NCBI RefSeq assembly: GCF_009914755.1
Contig: NC_060948.1
Strand: one strand, 5' to 3'
DNA: 64,000 bases
From: the human T2T-CHM13v2.0 reference genome, Homo sapiens
Position numbers and translations under genes: made by a program. Under the pieces are notes generated by a model. It saw nothing but the letters and a program-made list of their open reading frames with translations. It did no database searches and had not been told where the DNA came from. This document shows, piece by piece, positions 1 to 15,000 of this stretch; the stretch's first letter is position 1; each line of letters begins with the position of its first letter.

Positions 1-934
1 TGTTTCATTATAATATTTTTCTTGTAAAATTAGGTACACGATCATAAAAAATATGATTATTCTTTATAAATCTGTTACACCTAAAGTTCATTTTACAGTG
101 ATAGATTTGTATATTTAAATCCATGTAAACCAAAACTGAAGATGTGTATATGTTTAGCAGACCAGAGAAGTTGTATTTCCAAAAAAAAGTGGGATAAAAT
201 TTTGTAAATAGTTGTTCAGAATCCCAAAACATATATTTCCATTATATTCATAATCTTCATTGCAACCATCATAATAATCTGTAGTTACAAGAAAAACAAA
301 AATGTAAGTGGTAGAAACCATATTCTCCACATTATTTTCAGTTAAAGACCACAACAAAGTAATCACTAGAGATGTTATTCCACTGTCACCCAATAGTACA
401 TTGTTACCATCTGTTACCTACAACCTTGTGTAAAATGGGATAAGTTAACATCAGTGGCAAGATACACATTCAATGTTAAATAGCCTTAATACAATAATAA
501 CAATTTTGATTTATTACAACAAATTAAGTTCACACTTGTCATTAAAAAGGACTTTTTAAATTAACTGTATTTTAATTACCTTAATTTGCAAATGGTAAAG
601 CAATTTCCTTCTAAAATTCGTATTGTTTCTCTTACTGTGTATAATATTAACGTGATCACTTAACAGACTCCTGTCATCCTGACACTTATAATACTGCTGC
701 AAACCAACCACTAAGTGACATTTCTACTTAGATTTTCTTCATGTATCTTAGATTTCACTTTCCTTAATCTTCCATAGAAAAGAATGTAAATTTATCTATA
801 TAATATAGAAAACCTCTCATAACTCTGGTACAGCAATCATTGAACATGTTCTTTCATGTAAATTCTATAAATGAAGAGATCATCAAATGTATGAGTTAAA
901 TTACATCAATAATTGCTTTAAAAATTACATTATA

Positions 935-1226
<292 letters not shown>

Positions 1227-4093
1227 TAATTTCTTTTAAAATAGTTAATTAGGTTTCTTTTAGAGAAAAGTAATCAAGATTGCCAACTAGAAACTTCTAG
1301 ACCCTGTTGTTCTCACAGAGAGAAATGCGAAATGTTCAGAAATACAGCACATTCAACTGAAACATCCAGGTACTTACGTTGGGATCAATCAAAGAAACAA
1401 TTTATCTAATGGAAAATGGAACAAAACAAGGCAAGAAAATGGGCCACCCAGGAAAAACATGAAGCCAAGGGAAATTCCCCACCCAGTAAATCAGTAATTG
1501 CTTATGTGGCCCTAACAACCTGTGATTCTCTCACAGATCTTTGCAGCCCTCAGGTAACGAGATACCCTCATGAACCCACTTCATCATAGCCTTCCATTTA
1601 ACACACAGAGTTACATAAAGTCTCAGAAGATCAGCCACTCAGGCTAGTGCAGAGATTCAAGAGTCTTAGATAATCTGTCTTTCAAGCCTTCCCAGAAAAA
1701 TTAGCTGCAACTCCAGCAAAGCAGGAGGTTAAATGCTTTTCCATACCCACAGGAAAGAGGCAGAATCCATGGTGCTGAGCAGTGATGGTCTGTAGAACTC
1801 ACTTCCACAATTCCTCACAGGGTAAGACCTACTGGCTTAGAATTCCAGCCAACCATTGAAACAGAATTTCACCTTCTTGTGATAGAGCTACACCAGAAAG
1901 AAAATTGGGCCGCCATCTTTGTTGCTTGTGCAAGTTAGCCATTTCAGCCTTCAGGCTGAGAAGAGCCCAAGCCAACTGGGAACAGAAAGAATCTCCTACC
2001 ATGGTACAGGTGCTCTAAAAAGACATGGTCAGACTGCCTGTTAAAGCAGGTCTGCAATCTCATTCCTCCTCACTGGAAAGTGCTTTCCAACCAGCGTGTC
2101 CAGCTACCGCCACTTGTGCTATTTTGTAGATGGAATTTTGAAACATATTTGGGATGTAGTTCCTGGAGGGAAGAGTGAGCTGCCACATTTGCTGTTTGTG
2201 TGACTTAGCTGTTCCAGCCATCTGGCTTTTGAGAATCCAAATAAACTGAGTGTAAAAGTGGTACCTCTGTCCAGCAAAGCTGTCCTACAAAAATGTGGCT
2301 AAACTGCTTTTTAAGTGGGTCCCCAATCACATTATCCTCACTGCCTAAACCTTTCAACAGAGGTTTTTAGCTACCTCCTATATGTGCTTTTGTCCTGGAA
2401 ACAGGTCTATACCTCCCTGGGATAGAGTGCCCAGAGAAAAGGGCATGCTGCCATTGTTGCTGCTTTGCAGCATTTACTGTTGATAACTTCAGGTACTGGA
2501 AAATCTGAGGTGACTAGAAACTGTAGTGGACACTCAGCATCCTGCAGCAGCCCTTCAGAAAGTAGTCAGACTGTTACATAAGCAGCTGTTCTCATGTATT
2601 CTCACTGGGAAGATTCTCCAGGACTGGGCCACTAATGAATCATTGCCAGAGCTATTGAACCAGTAGAAAATTAGCAATTCCCTGGACAGGGGCTCCAGCA
2701 CCAACTGAATATATTTCTGCCACTGCTTCTGCAGTAGATCTGTCCTTGCTTCCCTCAGGTTAATGAAAAATCCAAAAATCTAAGTGCTTTATTCACAATT
2801 TAAACAAGCTGCAGTTTACCCAAGGAGAGGAGGCCAGTCCATCCTCCATGGGTTCCACACACTACTCACAGCTGCTCACCAGAAGTGAACCTCTAACTTG
2901 GCCAAAAGCACAGATCCTCCATCCTGGGCTGACTGCACTGAGGGATTGCTGACCTACATCCCTCGGAGATTCAGCCCCCAGAAGAGAAGCAAAGAAGTGG
3001 GGCAGCAAGCCAGCTTATGTGGTGTCCAGTGGGTTTGGCACAAGAGCATCTGTATTAAAGTGTGGCCAGTGGTGGCCATTTCTCTAGGCTAAACTTTCTC
3101 TCATAAAAGGCTTTAGCCCTAGAGAACCTGTTGGACCTAACTTCTGCAGGATGTTTTTACAAATGAGAAGAAACTGCTCCAAGTGAGAACTTTTAAGTCT
3201 GCTCAGCTCTCCCAGGATCCCAGTCTGGCTGCAGCTGCTTACAGTGTAGTCTCAGCTCCCCTAGAAGAGTAGTTTACCATACCATAGCATCTGCATTGGT
3301 GGGCCATGCCTCAGCCCTATGTGCTCCAGCAAGGCAGCCCCTATGACTGCACCAGCCCACATTTATACTCCCCATATGCAGCTTCTCCAGAGACCATAGC
3401 AACTCCTGATATTACTTTGGTGGCACATGTCTGCAAAGGTGGGTTTCGCTTTCCTTGCCCCACCAGCAAATGAGAATGCAGTATGCCCCTGCCATCCACA
3501 GCAGCTGCCATTATAGATGAAGTTTGGTGGGCAGAAAGCCACAACTCTGCCTTTGTGCTAACACTGTGAAGAGAAATGTGTATTCTCCCACACTCTGAAC
3601 CATCACTGTGTTATTGGTGGGGCACAAAGAAGGCATCACAACATTTGTTGGCCAGCATGCTGCCCCAAGCTAACATCACCATTAGTGCAACAGCACACAC
3701 AGTCTCCAGAAGGTAACTTCCAGTTCCCCTTCCAGCTTCTTTGCTCCTGCCAGTAAGGTAAATGCCCAAAGACAGGCAGAAAACCCATATCCACTAGCAC
3801 TTTGCTGCAGCTGTGGCAGGTTAGTCATACAGAGTAATGGACTCCAAATATCAAGGAGCCACAGAAGACAGTTGGAAAAAAATACAACTGCCCAAGAGCA
3901 TGCAGCCTCTGAGTTGTGAGCTGAGCATTGCCAAACACACCACCAAAAAACAAACAAACAAAAATATTCCAGGAACAAAGGCTGTTGGCTTAATCCACCT
4001 TATACCACAGTCAAATATTACAGACAATTGAATAGGATCAAAAAAAGAATACTCCATTCAAAGATCAGCAACCTCAAAGTTATGCCCACAAAG

Positions 4094-4880
4094 ATTAGGC
4101 AAAAATCACTGCAAAAATGTTGAAAACAAAAAAAGCCACAGTGACTTCTTTTATGCAAATGACCAAAATTACATAATTTGGTCAAGATGACAGAAGGCCA
4201 AAGATGACAGAAGGAGAATTCAGAATTTGGATAGAAATAAACTTTATTGAGCTACAAATGTAAGTTGTAACACAATGCAATGAAGGGAAAAAATTGCAGG
4301 AACTGCTAGAAAAAGCAGCCAATCAGGAGGAAGATGTGGTCAACTGGATAGAGCTAAAACACAAAATACAAAAACTTTATAATGTAATCACAAGTATTAA
4401 CAGAAAAATGGGCCATGTAGTGAAAAGAATCTCAAAGCTTCAAGACTGGCTTTCTGAGATAAAACAGAGAAAAATAGTGAGAGAAAATAAAGATGAATGA
4501 ACAAAGTCTCTAAGAAATGCAAGATTATGTAATGAAACCAAATCTATGATTAAAAAGAGTGCCTGAAAGTGAGGGGGAGAATGAAAACAACTGGAAATAC
4601 ATATTTCCAGATATTATCCAACAACAAATCTTTCAGCTGAAATCCTACAAATCAAAAGAGACTTGGGGCCAATATTCAACATTCTTAAAAAAAAAAAGAA
4701 TTCCAAACCAGAATTTTATATCTTACCAAAGTAAGCTTCAAAATAAATAATAAATATAATCGTATTTGGATAAACAACAGCTGAGGAAATCTATTACCAC
4801 AAGACCTGTCCTACAAGAGCTTCCGAAAAAAGCATTAAATAAGAGACTATTAGCAGTCACTACAAAAAAAAATACACTAA
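4094..4880 (+). pseudogene. L1 ORF1p remnant with frameshifts and an internal deletion near 4620
   Basis: ORF-track fragments 4294..4500 and 4559..4750 resemble ORF1p. The sequence jumps from a DIIQ-like segment to an LSAEILQ-like segment. Confidence 0.75.
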
Positions 4881-4944
4881 AGTACATAAATAGCTAGCAC
4901 TTTAAAGCAACTACATAAATGTGCAAAATAACCAGTTAAGATCA

Positions 4945-5285
4945 TAGTGACAGAATCAAATCCACACTCATAAATAGTAATGCTAAATGTAAATGGGCTA
5001 AATGCCCCAATTGAAAAACAGTTGAATGCAGGTTTAATATTTAATGGTATGTTGTAATCTAGACACCCATCTAAAATAAGTTCAAAATACAGGGAAAAAG
5101 AACATTCTACCAAGCAAATAGAAAGCAGAAAAAAAGCAGGGGTTACAATTATAGTTTCTTGTACAACAGGCTTTTAGTTAACATGGATTAAAAAAAGACA
5201 AAAAAGAATATTCCATAAGAGTAAAGTGCTATATATACATCCAATGCAAAAGCATCCAGATTATAAAGCAAGTTCTCAGATACCC
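4945..5285 (+). pseudogene. L1 ORF2 endonuclease N-terminal remnant
   Basis: NVNGLNAPI, 'ttctaccaagcaaat' (FYQAN), 'aaaaaagcaggggtt' (KKAGV), and a 'tatatacatccaatgcaaaagcatccagatt' IYAPN-like segment. Confidence 0.75.
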
Positions 5286-5404
5286 TCCAAGATGTCAAAT
5301 TAAATGGTCTTAAACAGTCATTACCTTTATATTGCATTTGTTCAGTGTTAAATCTCTGTTGCTGAACACAATGTGCGGACTTGTTAAAGGTCCACTTTTT
5401 TTTT

Positions 5405-6123
<719 letters not shown>

Positions 6124-6146
6124 CTGAAGACAAAAGAAAAAAATTT
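6124..6146 (-). other. 3' splice acceptor of the ZNF last exon
   Basis: Minus strand tttttttcttttgtcttcag|TTGGCTCT, in the phase-1 position typical of KRAB-ZNF last exons. Confidence 0.75.
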
Positions 6147-6683
6147 CTCCCTCATTAGACTCAGGTGAGTACATTTTACAAACATGTAATTATACAAACC
6201 ACATTAACAAAGTGACAATAGAATACCATAGTCCCTAATTCCTTTACAGACATATAAATTTAACAGTAATATACTTACCAAAATGCCTTTGTGAGAAGTC
6301 TAAGAATCAGTTAAGCATTTGCAGCACCCCAAGTGAGTAAAATGCCAAGAAACATATAGAAGTGTAACAAAACTATTTCATATTTACACACCACGGACAT
6401 TTTTTATCCTATGAAAAATGTAGAGACTGATAACTCCTATCTTACCCTCCAAAAATAAATAAACTGGTGGCACTTATGTCCATGCTTCTGGCTTTCTGAG
6501 ACCTTATCAAAGACTAATTTGTATATTCACAACAGTGTTTAAAGGAAAGGTGGTAAACTTTGACAGTTTTGGGCAGTTGTGACTAAAGACAAAAGACCAT
6601 CAAAAGAAAAAATCTTCAGTGTCATAGACAGACAATGGGCATCCAGCTGACTGCAGGATCTCAATGAGAAATATGGGGAATTA

Positions 6684-6998
6684 CTGGGAGCGTTGATTCA
6701 CACCTGTAATTCCAGCACTTTGGAGGCTGAGGAGGGTGGATCAACTGAGGTCAAAAGTTCAAGACCAGCTAGGTCAACATGGTGAAACCCTGTCTCTACT
6801 GAAAATACAAAAGTTAGCCACAGCAGAAACCAGTAATCCAAGCTCTTAAGTAGGCAGAGGCAGGAGAATTGCTTGAATCTGGGATGTGGAGGTTGCAGTC
6901 AGCCAAGTTTATGCCATTGCACTCCAGCCTGGGCAACAACAGTGAAACTCCAACTCAAAAATAAAAAATAAAAATAAAGGAAAGAAGAAAACAAGAAA
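6684..6998 (+). mobile_element. Alu (AluSq/Sp-like) with small internal deletions and A-rich tail
   Basis: cacctgtaattccagcactttggaggctgagg...cactccagcctgggcaacaacagtgaaactcc followed by an A tail. Degenerate TSD aaatatggggaa (~6669) / aaacatgaggaa (~7000). Confidence 0.9.
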
Positions 6999-7099
6999 AA
7001 AACATGAGGAAATCTTTTTAACAAACAAACAACAAAAAACAGAGAAAGCATCCAAAGAACAGGCTTGAGAGACTCCAAGAACCTCTAGCCTAATAAATT

Positions 7100-9010
7100 G
7101 GTATCATATTCCCCCAGACAAAGCCACTTAATGGAGATTTTGAAATGTTGTTTTTTATTATACGAATTGCAACCTAAGATAACAACATATACAAAACATC
7201 AAGATAATATGGCTCAAAGATAAACATGAATATCCAGAAATCAACTATAAGAAAATAGAGATGTAAAAATTACCAGAGGCAATTTGGATTAAATTCTAGG
7301 TTTATTTTTAAAAAGAAATAAATAAATTATGCTAAAATTTAAAATCGCCATCTCAATGATGTTAATCAGTAAAATGGAAATAAAGAAAAAAATAAAAAAA
7401 GAAAAGAAACCAACAAAAAGATTAAAATCCCAAAATAAATAAAAATTGTGGAGTAGAAGTACAAAAACAGGCTAATATGAACTTCAACATTAGTAAAAAA
7501 ATTTAAGAAAATCAAGAAGCTCAGCTAATTTTAACTAAGGTTAACAGAAAGATATTTCTAATGGACAAAATATAAGCAAAGTTGTGAAAGTCACAGACAA
7601 GAAGATAATCTGGAATTCAGGAAGAAAAAATAGATGTGTATGTATGCTTCTGCAAGATTACTACAAATTTATGAACGTCAATCTTTTGGGCATGAAGGGT
7701 ATAAGACGATGTAGTTAAAACACTGAAAAAAAAAAAAGCCTAAGCAGGAATACTATAGCCTCCAAAAGTAGCCATCCAATGAAAAAACAAATCTGACTAT
7801 ACCATAATCTGTATCAAGAACTAACTATTTAGAACAGGTAACTATTTATTAAGTTGAAAGCTATTATATTTTCTATAATTATTTTAAGTCAAAATTCACA
7901 ATAGACAAAGTAAGACATTCAAATATAGTAAGAGGTTTAATTCACTGAATACCTATAAAGACAGTTCTTCCAAACACATAAACCAACATTGACAGAATTG
8001 AATGAAAAATAGGCAGCAATATAATAATGGATGTATACATCAATATCTTACTTTCAGTAATAAATAAAGCAAGACAGAATATCAATAAGGGAACAAAAAA
8101 CTGGAATGCACTATACAATAATTACACCTAACAAATGTATGCAGACAACAGAATAGACATTCTTTTCAATAGCTCATAAAACATTTTCCTAGATGGATGA
8201 TCTGTGACACCAGAGATGAAGCCTTAATAATTTTTAGTAGAAATTTTACAGAAAATTATTTATAGCCCAGGTTGAATGAAACTAGAATTCAATAACAAAA
8301 GAAGAGCAGAAAAACCCCAAAAATATAAAAAATAAGCAACAGTTTGTTTATTTTTTATTTATTTATTTATTTATTATTTATTTATCTTTTGATGGAGTAT
8401 CACTCTGAAGCTAGGCTAGAGTCCAGTGGCACAATCTCAGCTCCACTGCAATCTTCACCTTTTGTGTTCAAGTGATTCTCCTGATTCAGCCTCCAGAGTA
8501 GCTGTGACTACAGGAATGCAACAACAAGCCCAGAACTTTTTTTTTATTTTAGTAGAGATGGGGTTTCATTATGTTGTCCAGGACCACCTGTATCTCCTGA
8601 TCTTTCTATGCATGCTACTCAGCCTCCAAAAGTGCTGGGTTTACAGGCATGAGCCACTGCACACAGCCAACAGCACACTTTTAAGCATGCTGTTTTTCTA
8701 GGGTTGGAAGATAAAATATTGTGAAGATGTCCATGCTACTCAAAGTGACACAAACCCACAACACACCCTTTTTCAATTTTTAATTTTACTTTTCCAAAAT
8801 AGAAAAAACCCACAAAATTACATAAGATTCCAAGAAACCATGAAAAGTCCAACAATCTTAAAAAAAAAGAAAAAGAAAAATATTGGAAGCATTACATATA
8901 ACAATTTCCAAACACTAAGCAAACCTACAGTAACAAAGGACTTTGCTACCAGTATAAAGGTAGAACACCAAAGTAATGAAATAAAATGCAGCACAGATAT
9001 AAACTCTTGA
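7100..9010 (+). mobile_element. Fragmented ancient L1M (ORF1/ORF2 remnants), interrupted by an Alu
   Basis: A-rich plus strand. 'ttcttttcaatagctcataaaacattttcctagatggat' resembles FFSxAHxTFSRID, and 'ggaagcattacatataacaatttccaaac..cagtaacaaag' resembles the GGITLPDFK..VTK region of ORF2. Confidence 0.6.
8343..8668 (-). mobile_element. Alu (AluS), diverged, with (TTTA)n tail
   Basis: gatggagtatcactctg..ctaggctagagtccagtggcacaatctcagctc...aaagtgctgggtttacaggcatgagccactgcacacagcc. Confidence 0.9.
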
Positions 9011-12000
9011 ATAGACAGGAGAGACATCATACCACCTAGGTTTTTCATTCAGCCATATGTCACAATTCCTTCAATAAGCAAGACCCAGGCAGGAGATCAG
9101 AGTTACATTACGTAGATGCTAGTTTCAGTGATATTTCAAAATGTCCTCTGGGTGAAGGACACAGGCTGCAGAGACATATCACCTACCTGAAAGGCCCAGA
9201 AATATGTAATAGTACCCCCTATTGACAGGGCCCAGGCAAAAGAGTCATGTTATTATGATTCTGACCCATCAATATGTAACAATGAACCCATGGGAAGGAA
9301 TATGAGCCAAAAAGTCTCAACACCTGGGTACTAGGATGAGTCATATGATCCGATCTCCACATCTTTGAGTGTGACAGCTTTAACTTTTACCTGAGAAAGT
9401 ATATTACAGTCACAGTCTTATATGTGTTGCAGGACAATATATAACACTGTCTACAGGAGATGAGGGTTTTATAAACCTGTATGAGAGTTGCAAAGTTCTC
9501 TGAGGTCTACATGCTCCTATGGACTCACAATCTTACATATTGCTCCAAACTCAGGTCTAATAGTCAACATCTTTCCTATAGGCAGGGTTAAGAAAAAAAT
9601 CCATTATTATGCCAATGAGCTGGATCCACAAATGAGTTACCATCCCAATTCTTGTCGGATTAACATATAAAAGTCAAACCTCCAACTTTGTGCTGTATTC
9701 CTTTGTTAGACTCAGGACCTCAACATTGGGCATTATAAATATTGGATGGTGACAATTTTAATTTCACCTAGGTATGTAAACATGAGTCTCAATCTGAACT
9801 TTTTGCTGGGCCCTGTTAGGAAACACTCTACCACCAAGGAGTTTGAAAAATATAAGTCAGTGTTGTAAGCTTCTGTAACATTGGTAGAAATATGTAACAG
9901 AGGACCTTACCTATTGCTCTAAACCTAATGATGTGAGATAAGATATCTCCTATTGGCTGAATCCCAACATAAATTTGATCATCTATGCCTGTCAACTAAA
10001 GCAAGGTGTATGTATTAATCCCATATGTGGGCAAATAACTAGGCAGGAGGGAAATATCTCTTATATGCTGTGCCAGCCAATATGTCAAAATACCTTTTCT
10101 AGGCAGGGTATAGGATATAAGGTCACATTAACTGGGTGCTGGACCCAGTAATATGACCCTATTCCACATGTGGAAAATACCCAGCCAAGTTATGAGAGCC
10201 AAAACATCGACATAATGGGCTGAAGCTATGTCAAAATACCTTCAGTGGCTCCAACACAGGCCGAAAAGTCATATCATAAGGATGCTGGTCTTAGCAATAT
10301 GCAATATGCCATAATTTCTTCTTTATGGAAAACACAGGCAGGAGAGTAACATCATCAGGATGTTGGTCCGTGCAATTGGTCAAAATTCCTTTTTTGTGGG
10401 CATGTTCAGAAACAAGAGGAGAGTTACATATTCTGAGTGCTGGGATCAGCTATGTGCCAAAATCTTCTTATTGTGAAGGCCCAGTCAAAAAATAGAGTCA
10501 TATCTTCATACTATGGGCTCAGAAATATGTCCAAATGTTTCCATTAGGTAGGTCTCATTGAGATGAGGAAAGTCATATCCTAGGTGCTTCCCTTCATATA
10601 TGAACAAAGTAACATGTTTGCAGAAATCATGAAGAAGAACCACATCACTTGGGTGCTGGGTCCTGAGATATGTCACAAGGCCTTCTTAGAATATCATCAA
10701 GCACAGAGGGTAACATAAACTATGTGCAGATTCTCTGTTTATTCCACAATGTTCCATGAGTGTAGGTCCCAGAGAGGGAGTCATTTCAGTCAGGTGACAG
10801 CCCAAGAGACATGTTACAATGTCCTCTGTGAAGCATAGACCTGGCTAAAGAGTACCCTCACCTGTATGCCTGGCCTAGAAATATGTCACTCTTAAGGTTG
10901 GCAGGGCCCAAGCAGGAGAACCACATAACCTAGGTGATGGGCCCAGATATATGTCATAATGTCCTGCTTTCAGGTTGGCTCTGGCAAAAGAGTATCCTCA
11001 CATGCTTGATTGGCCTTGCTATATGCCGCTATCCTTCCTTTGTGCAGGGCCCACTCCAGAGATGAGAGTTACATCACCTATGAGGTGGACACAGAAACAT
11101 GACACAGTAATTTTGATGGACATGGCACTGGCAAGAATGTAACATCACCAAGCTGCTAGATCCAGTGATATGTCGCAACCCTCACTGAGAGAGCACCCAG
11201 GTAGGAGAGTCACATCCCCTCGAGGTTGAACTAGGTAGATATCACAATTTCATATATAAACTCGGACCTTTCTGCAAAGTAAAACTACACAGGTGCTTGG
11301 CAAATATGTGTATCAAAATAACACTGTCAGAAAATGTCAAAGGGGAGATTTACAATACCGCTCATGTTCTGTTTTATATGTGACAGTTGGCTTCATCCAT
11401 GTGAAATGATGACTGTTCTGTCAGCTGGGTTTTCATACAAGACTCACAATTTTGCCTGTGTGCTGAGTGCTACGTTAGCTCTGCTTATATAACCCAAATA
11501 CTTTTTAAAGTATGTGTGAGTGTTGTAATCTTTTGTGACCTTTGTACAAGAAAGTGATCCATGACATCACACATGTCACTACACCTAGTTATAAGAGCCT
11601 AAATATTCTCTATTTGCTGAGTCCACATATAAAAGTCATTATCATTCCTGTGAGCCCTGCCTAGGTATATGTTGCAATTCCATCTTGGTTATAAAGCAGG
11701 CAGAACAGCCTCATCACCTAAATTCTGGGCCTAAAATATTTCAATATTCTCTTTGTAGGCAGGGTCTTGTCAGAAATGTCACATAAGTTTTGTGCTAGGG
11801 CCAGGTCTGTGGCACAATGACCCTTGTGGGCAGTGTCTGGGCAGAAAAGGAGAGTAATATCACCTAAATGATGGGCTGACATATATGTCAAAATGCTGCC
11901 TGTTGACAGAGCCCAGGAAAGAGAGTCATATAATTTGGATGCAGTGTTTAGAAATGTTACAATTATCAAAGGAAGCAGGGTACAGGCAGGAGAGGAATCA

Positions 12001-15000
12001 TGTAACCTAGATGGTGTGTTCAGAAATATGTTACAATGTCCCCTGAAGACATTGTTAAGATAACACAATAAAATCACCAAGTTACTTGGTCAGGTATTTG
12101 TCAAAATCTCATTTGTGGGCTATACCTAGGGAGAATTATTAAATCTATCCAGAGCTGGGCAAAGATATGTGTCACAATTTCACTTGTGGAAAGATTTAAG
12201 AATTAGAGTCACCATCCTGCACATGTCCTGGCTCTAGGCATATGAGTTGTTCTTAGGCTTTTGTTTTGGTCTCAGTTGTATGGCATAATATCACCTGTGG
12301 CCAGAGATAAGGCAAGAAACTCATATAATCTACATGGGTGAGGGTCCAGTGAGATGTTACAATCCACCTGGTGGGCAAAGCCCTTGCAGAAGAGTCACAT
12401 CACTTGGATGCTGGTTTCAGCGATACGTAAAAACCATTCTCTGAGGTAAGGACTTTGGCATGAGAGGAGACCCACTTCATCTAGGCAATTGGCCTAGATA
12501 TATGTCACAATGACCATTAACTGCAGGAATAAGGCTAAAGAATGACCTCACCTTGGTGCTGTGCCCAGCAGTATGTCACATGCTCCCTGAGGTCAGGGCA
12601 CAATGAAAAGTAAAGAAACATCACCTTGGTACTGAGAGAAGTTATAGGTTACAATGCTTCCTATTGGCAACCCCCCAACCAAAAAAAAAATCACATCTCC
12701 TGGGTGCACTACCCTGTTATGTGTCACAATGCTCTGTAACTGCAGGGCCAAGACAGTAGAAGGGAGTCACATAATTTATGTGATGGACCTAAATATAACA
12801 CACAATTCTCTTTGTAGGCAGTTTTCAGGTGGGTAAATCACATCACCTGGGTGATGGTCCCAGTGATATATAAAACTGCACTTTGTAGGCAGAACAAAGT
12901 ATGATGTTATGTATTGATTTGGGGCTTTTTCCACATATGGCACAATTTCATCTGTGGTTTGGGCCTAGAAAAGTTCATCAAACTACCCATGTCCTGGGCA
13001 GAGTTACCTGACCCACTCACACTTTCAGAAAGGTTCAGAAATAATTTTCAGTCCACACAAATCCTAGCTTCAGGTATGAGAATCAACACCTTCTGTGAGT
13101 TGGGTCAAAGTACAGGACTCACAATCAACAATGGGAAGGTCAGTGTGTAAGAACTCCAATCCCACTTGAAGATTGTGTTCCAATAAGAGAGACACAACAC
13201 CACAGTTCTGCTTAATCATGGTTCAAACATCATCAAACACCTGCGGATCAGATTTATATATGAGAGTAACAATTTCAAGCTTTGATGGCCTATGTGAGTG
13301 AGATTTAGTATCACATTGGTAGGATCTGTTTATGTGTGAAAAAAAACAATTGTGTCAGCTGGGTGTGCATCCAAGACACCCTGGCTTCTGGTGCCTGTTA
13401 TGAGACACTTTGGACCACTCAGGCTTTATATGATATGCCTCAGTGGGATACTTTTCTGTGTATTCTTACAGGTTGGTGATATAGGACTTTTCTCATGGCT
13501 GTAAGACTAGATATGAGAGTTGAAATACCTTCCCAGGCTGGCAGTAGTTTTGAGAGTTATTATTATGCACATAAGCTGAATCCAGGTATATGTCACAAGC
13601 TCACCTTTGGACAGAGACAAGACAGAAGAGTCCTACCATCTGGGCTCTGATCCAGGGATACATTTTAATCTACTTCATAGGCAGGATCCAGTCCAAAGAG
13701 TCATGTCACCTGGGTACAGTCTTAAGTAATATGTCATTATGCCCACTGTAAATACAGGGTTGAAAAAGTAGTGGATAATCACATTCTCTTGGGATTGGCC
13801 TCAGTAATATGTTATAATTTCCTCTATTGGCAGAGTCCAGGACAAAGAGGAGGGTCACATCACCTAGATTTTACACTCAGTCATATGTCACAATTTATTC
13901 AGTGGGCAGGATCCTGCAGGAGAGGAGATTCACATTACCTAGATTCTTCATCTAGCGATATGTCACAGTGTCCTCTTTGGGCAGGGCACTGGCAGGAGAG
14001 ATACACAACCTAGCTGATAGGCCTAAAGATATGTGATAATATCCCCTGCTGTCAGGGTTCAAGCAAAAGGGTTTCATTATTGTAATTCAAACCCAGGGAT
14101 ATTTTACAATACAACCATTGAAAAGAATTTAAGCCAAAAATTCTCAACACCTGGAGGTACTAGTCCTAGTGACATGGAACAATCTCTTTATGTATTAGGG
14201 TGACAACTTTGAATCTTTACTTGGTGAGTATATAAGAGTCACAATCTCATATGTGTTCTGGCTGATCCCATGACACACTCTACAACATACAAAGGCTTTA
14301 AGCAACATGCATGAGAGTTGCAATCCATTCTGAGGACTACATGCTCCTATTGACTCACAAAGATATGTATTGCTTTAAACTTGGTTATGATAATCAACAT
14401 CCCTTTTACAGGTTATGTTCAGACAGGAGACCCATTATTATGCCTGTGATTTGGGTCCAGAAGTAAGTCACCATCTCACCTGTAGCAAGAGCCATATGTG
14501 AAATTCACAAATCTATCTTTGTACTTTATTTGCTTGTTAAACTCAGTGCTTCAACAGTGGGCTTTGTGAATGTGGGATGTTGACAACTTTTGCTCTCACC
14601 TTCATGTGTAATCAAGAGTCACAATCTTAACTTTTGCTGGGCCCTGTTATAAAACTCTGTGTACCAAGCAAGGAGTTTAGTGTTGTAACATTCTGTGAAC
14701 TTTCTACAAACTTGCACCTCATAAACTTACCTGTTGTTTTAAGTGTAGCAATGAAAGGCAAAACATATAGTATTGGTGAAATTCCAATTTCAGTTCGATC
14801 ATGATGCTTCTGAATTGAAGCAATGTAAATTTCATAACACCATTTGTAGAAAACAAAAAACTTTTCAGAAAGGTAGAAAACTGACGTGCTGTGTCAAGAA
14901 ACATGTCACAATGTCCCCTCCATGCAGGGTCTAGTAATTGGGTTATGATAACTGGGTGCTGGACTCAGTGGAATGACACAACTCTAAACATAGAAAATGT

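Larger units (their letters stand above)
1270..5285 (+). mobile_element. Old primate LINE-1 (L1P4 / L1PA13-16-like): ~2.8-kb 5'UTR, decayed ORF1 and start of ORF2, 3'-truncated
   Basis: L1P-type 5'UTR with ~270-bp internal repeats. ORF1 fragments (4294-4500 coiled-coil-like, PESEGENE, KETWGQYSTF) are followed by the ORF2 start region and 'aatgtaaatgggctaaatgccccaatt' (NVNGLNAP). The subfamily is tentative. Confidence 0.8.

Noticed and set aside
1-930. AT-rich stretch, possibly distal 3'UTR or downstream flank of the ZNF pseudogene
   Set aside because: No diagnostic motif I can support; its short ORFs look like chance.
8426-8701. 91-aa ORF starting MAQSQLHCNL
   Set aside because: Typical antisense-Alu translation.
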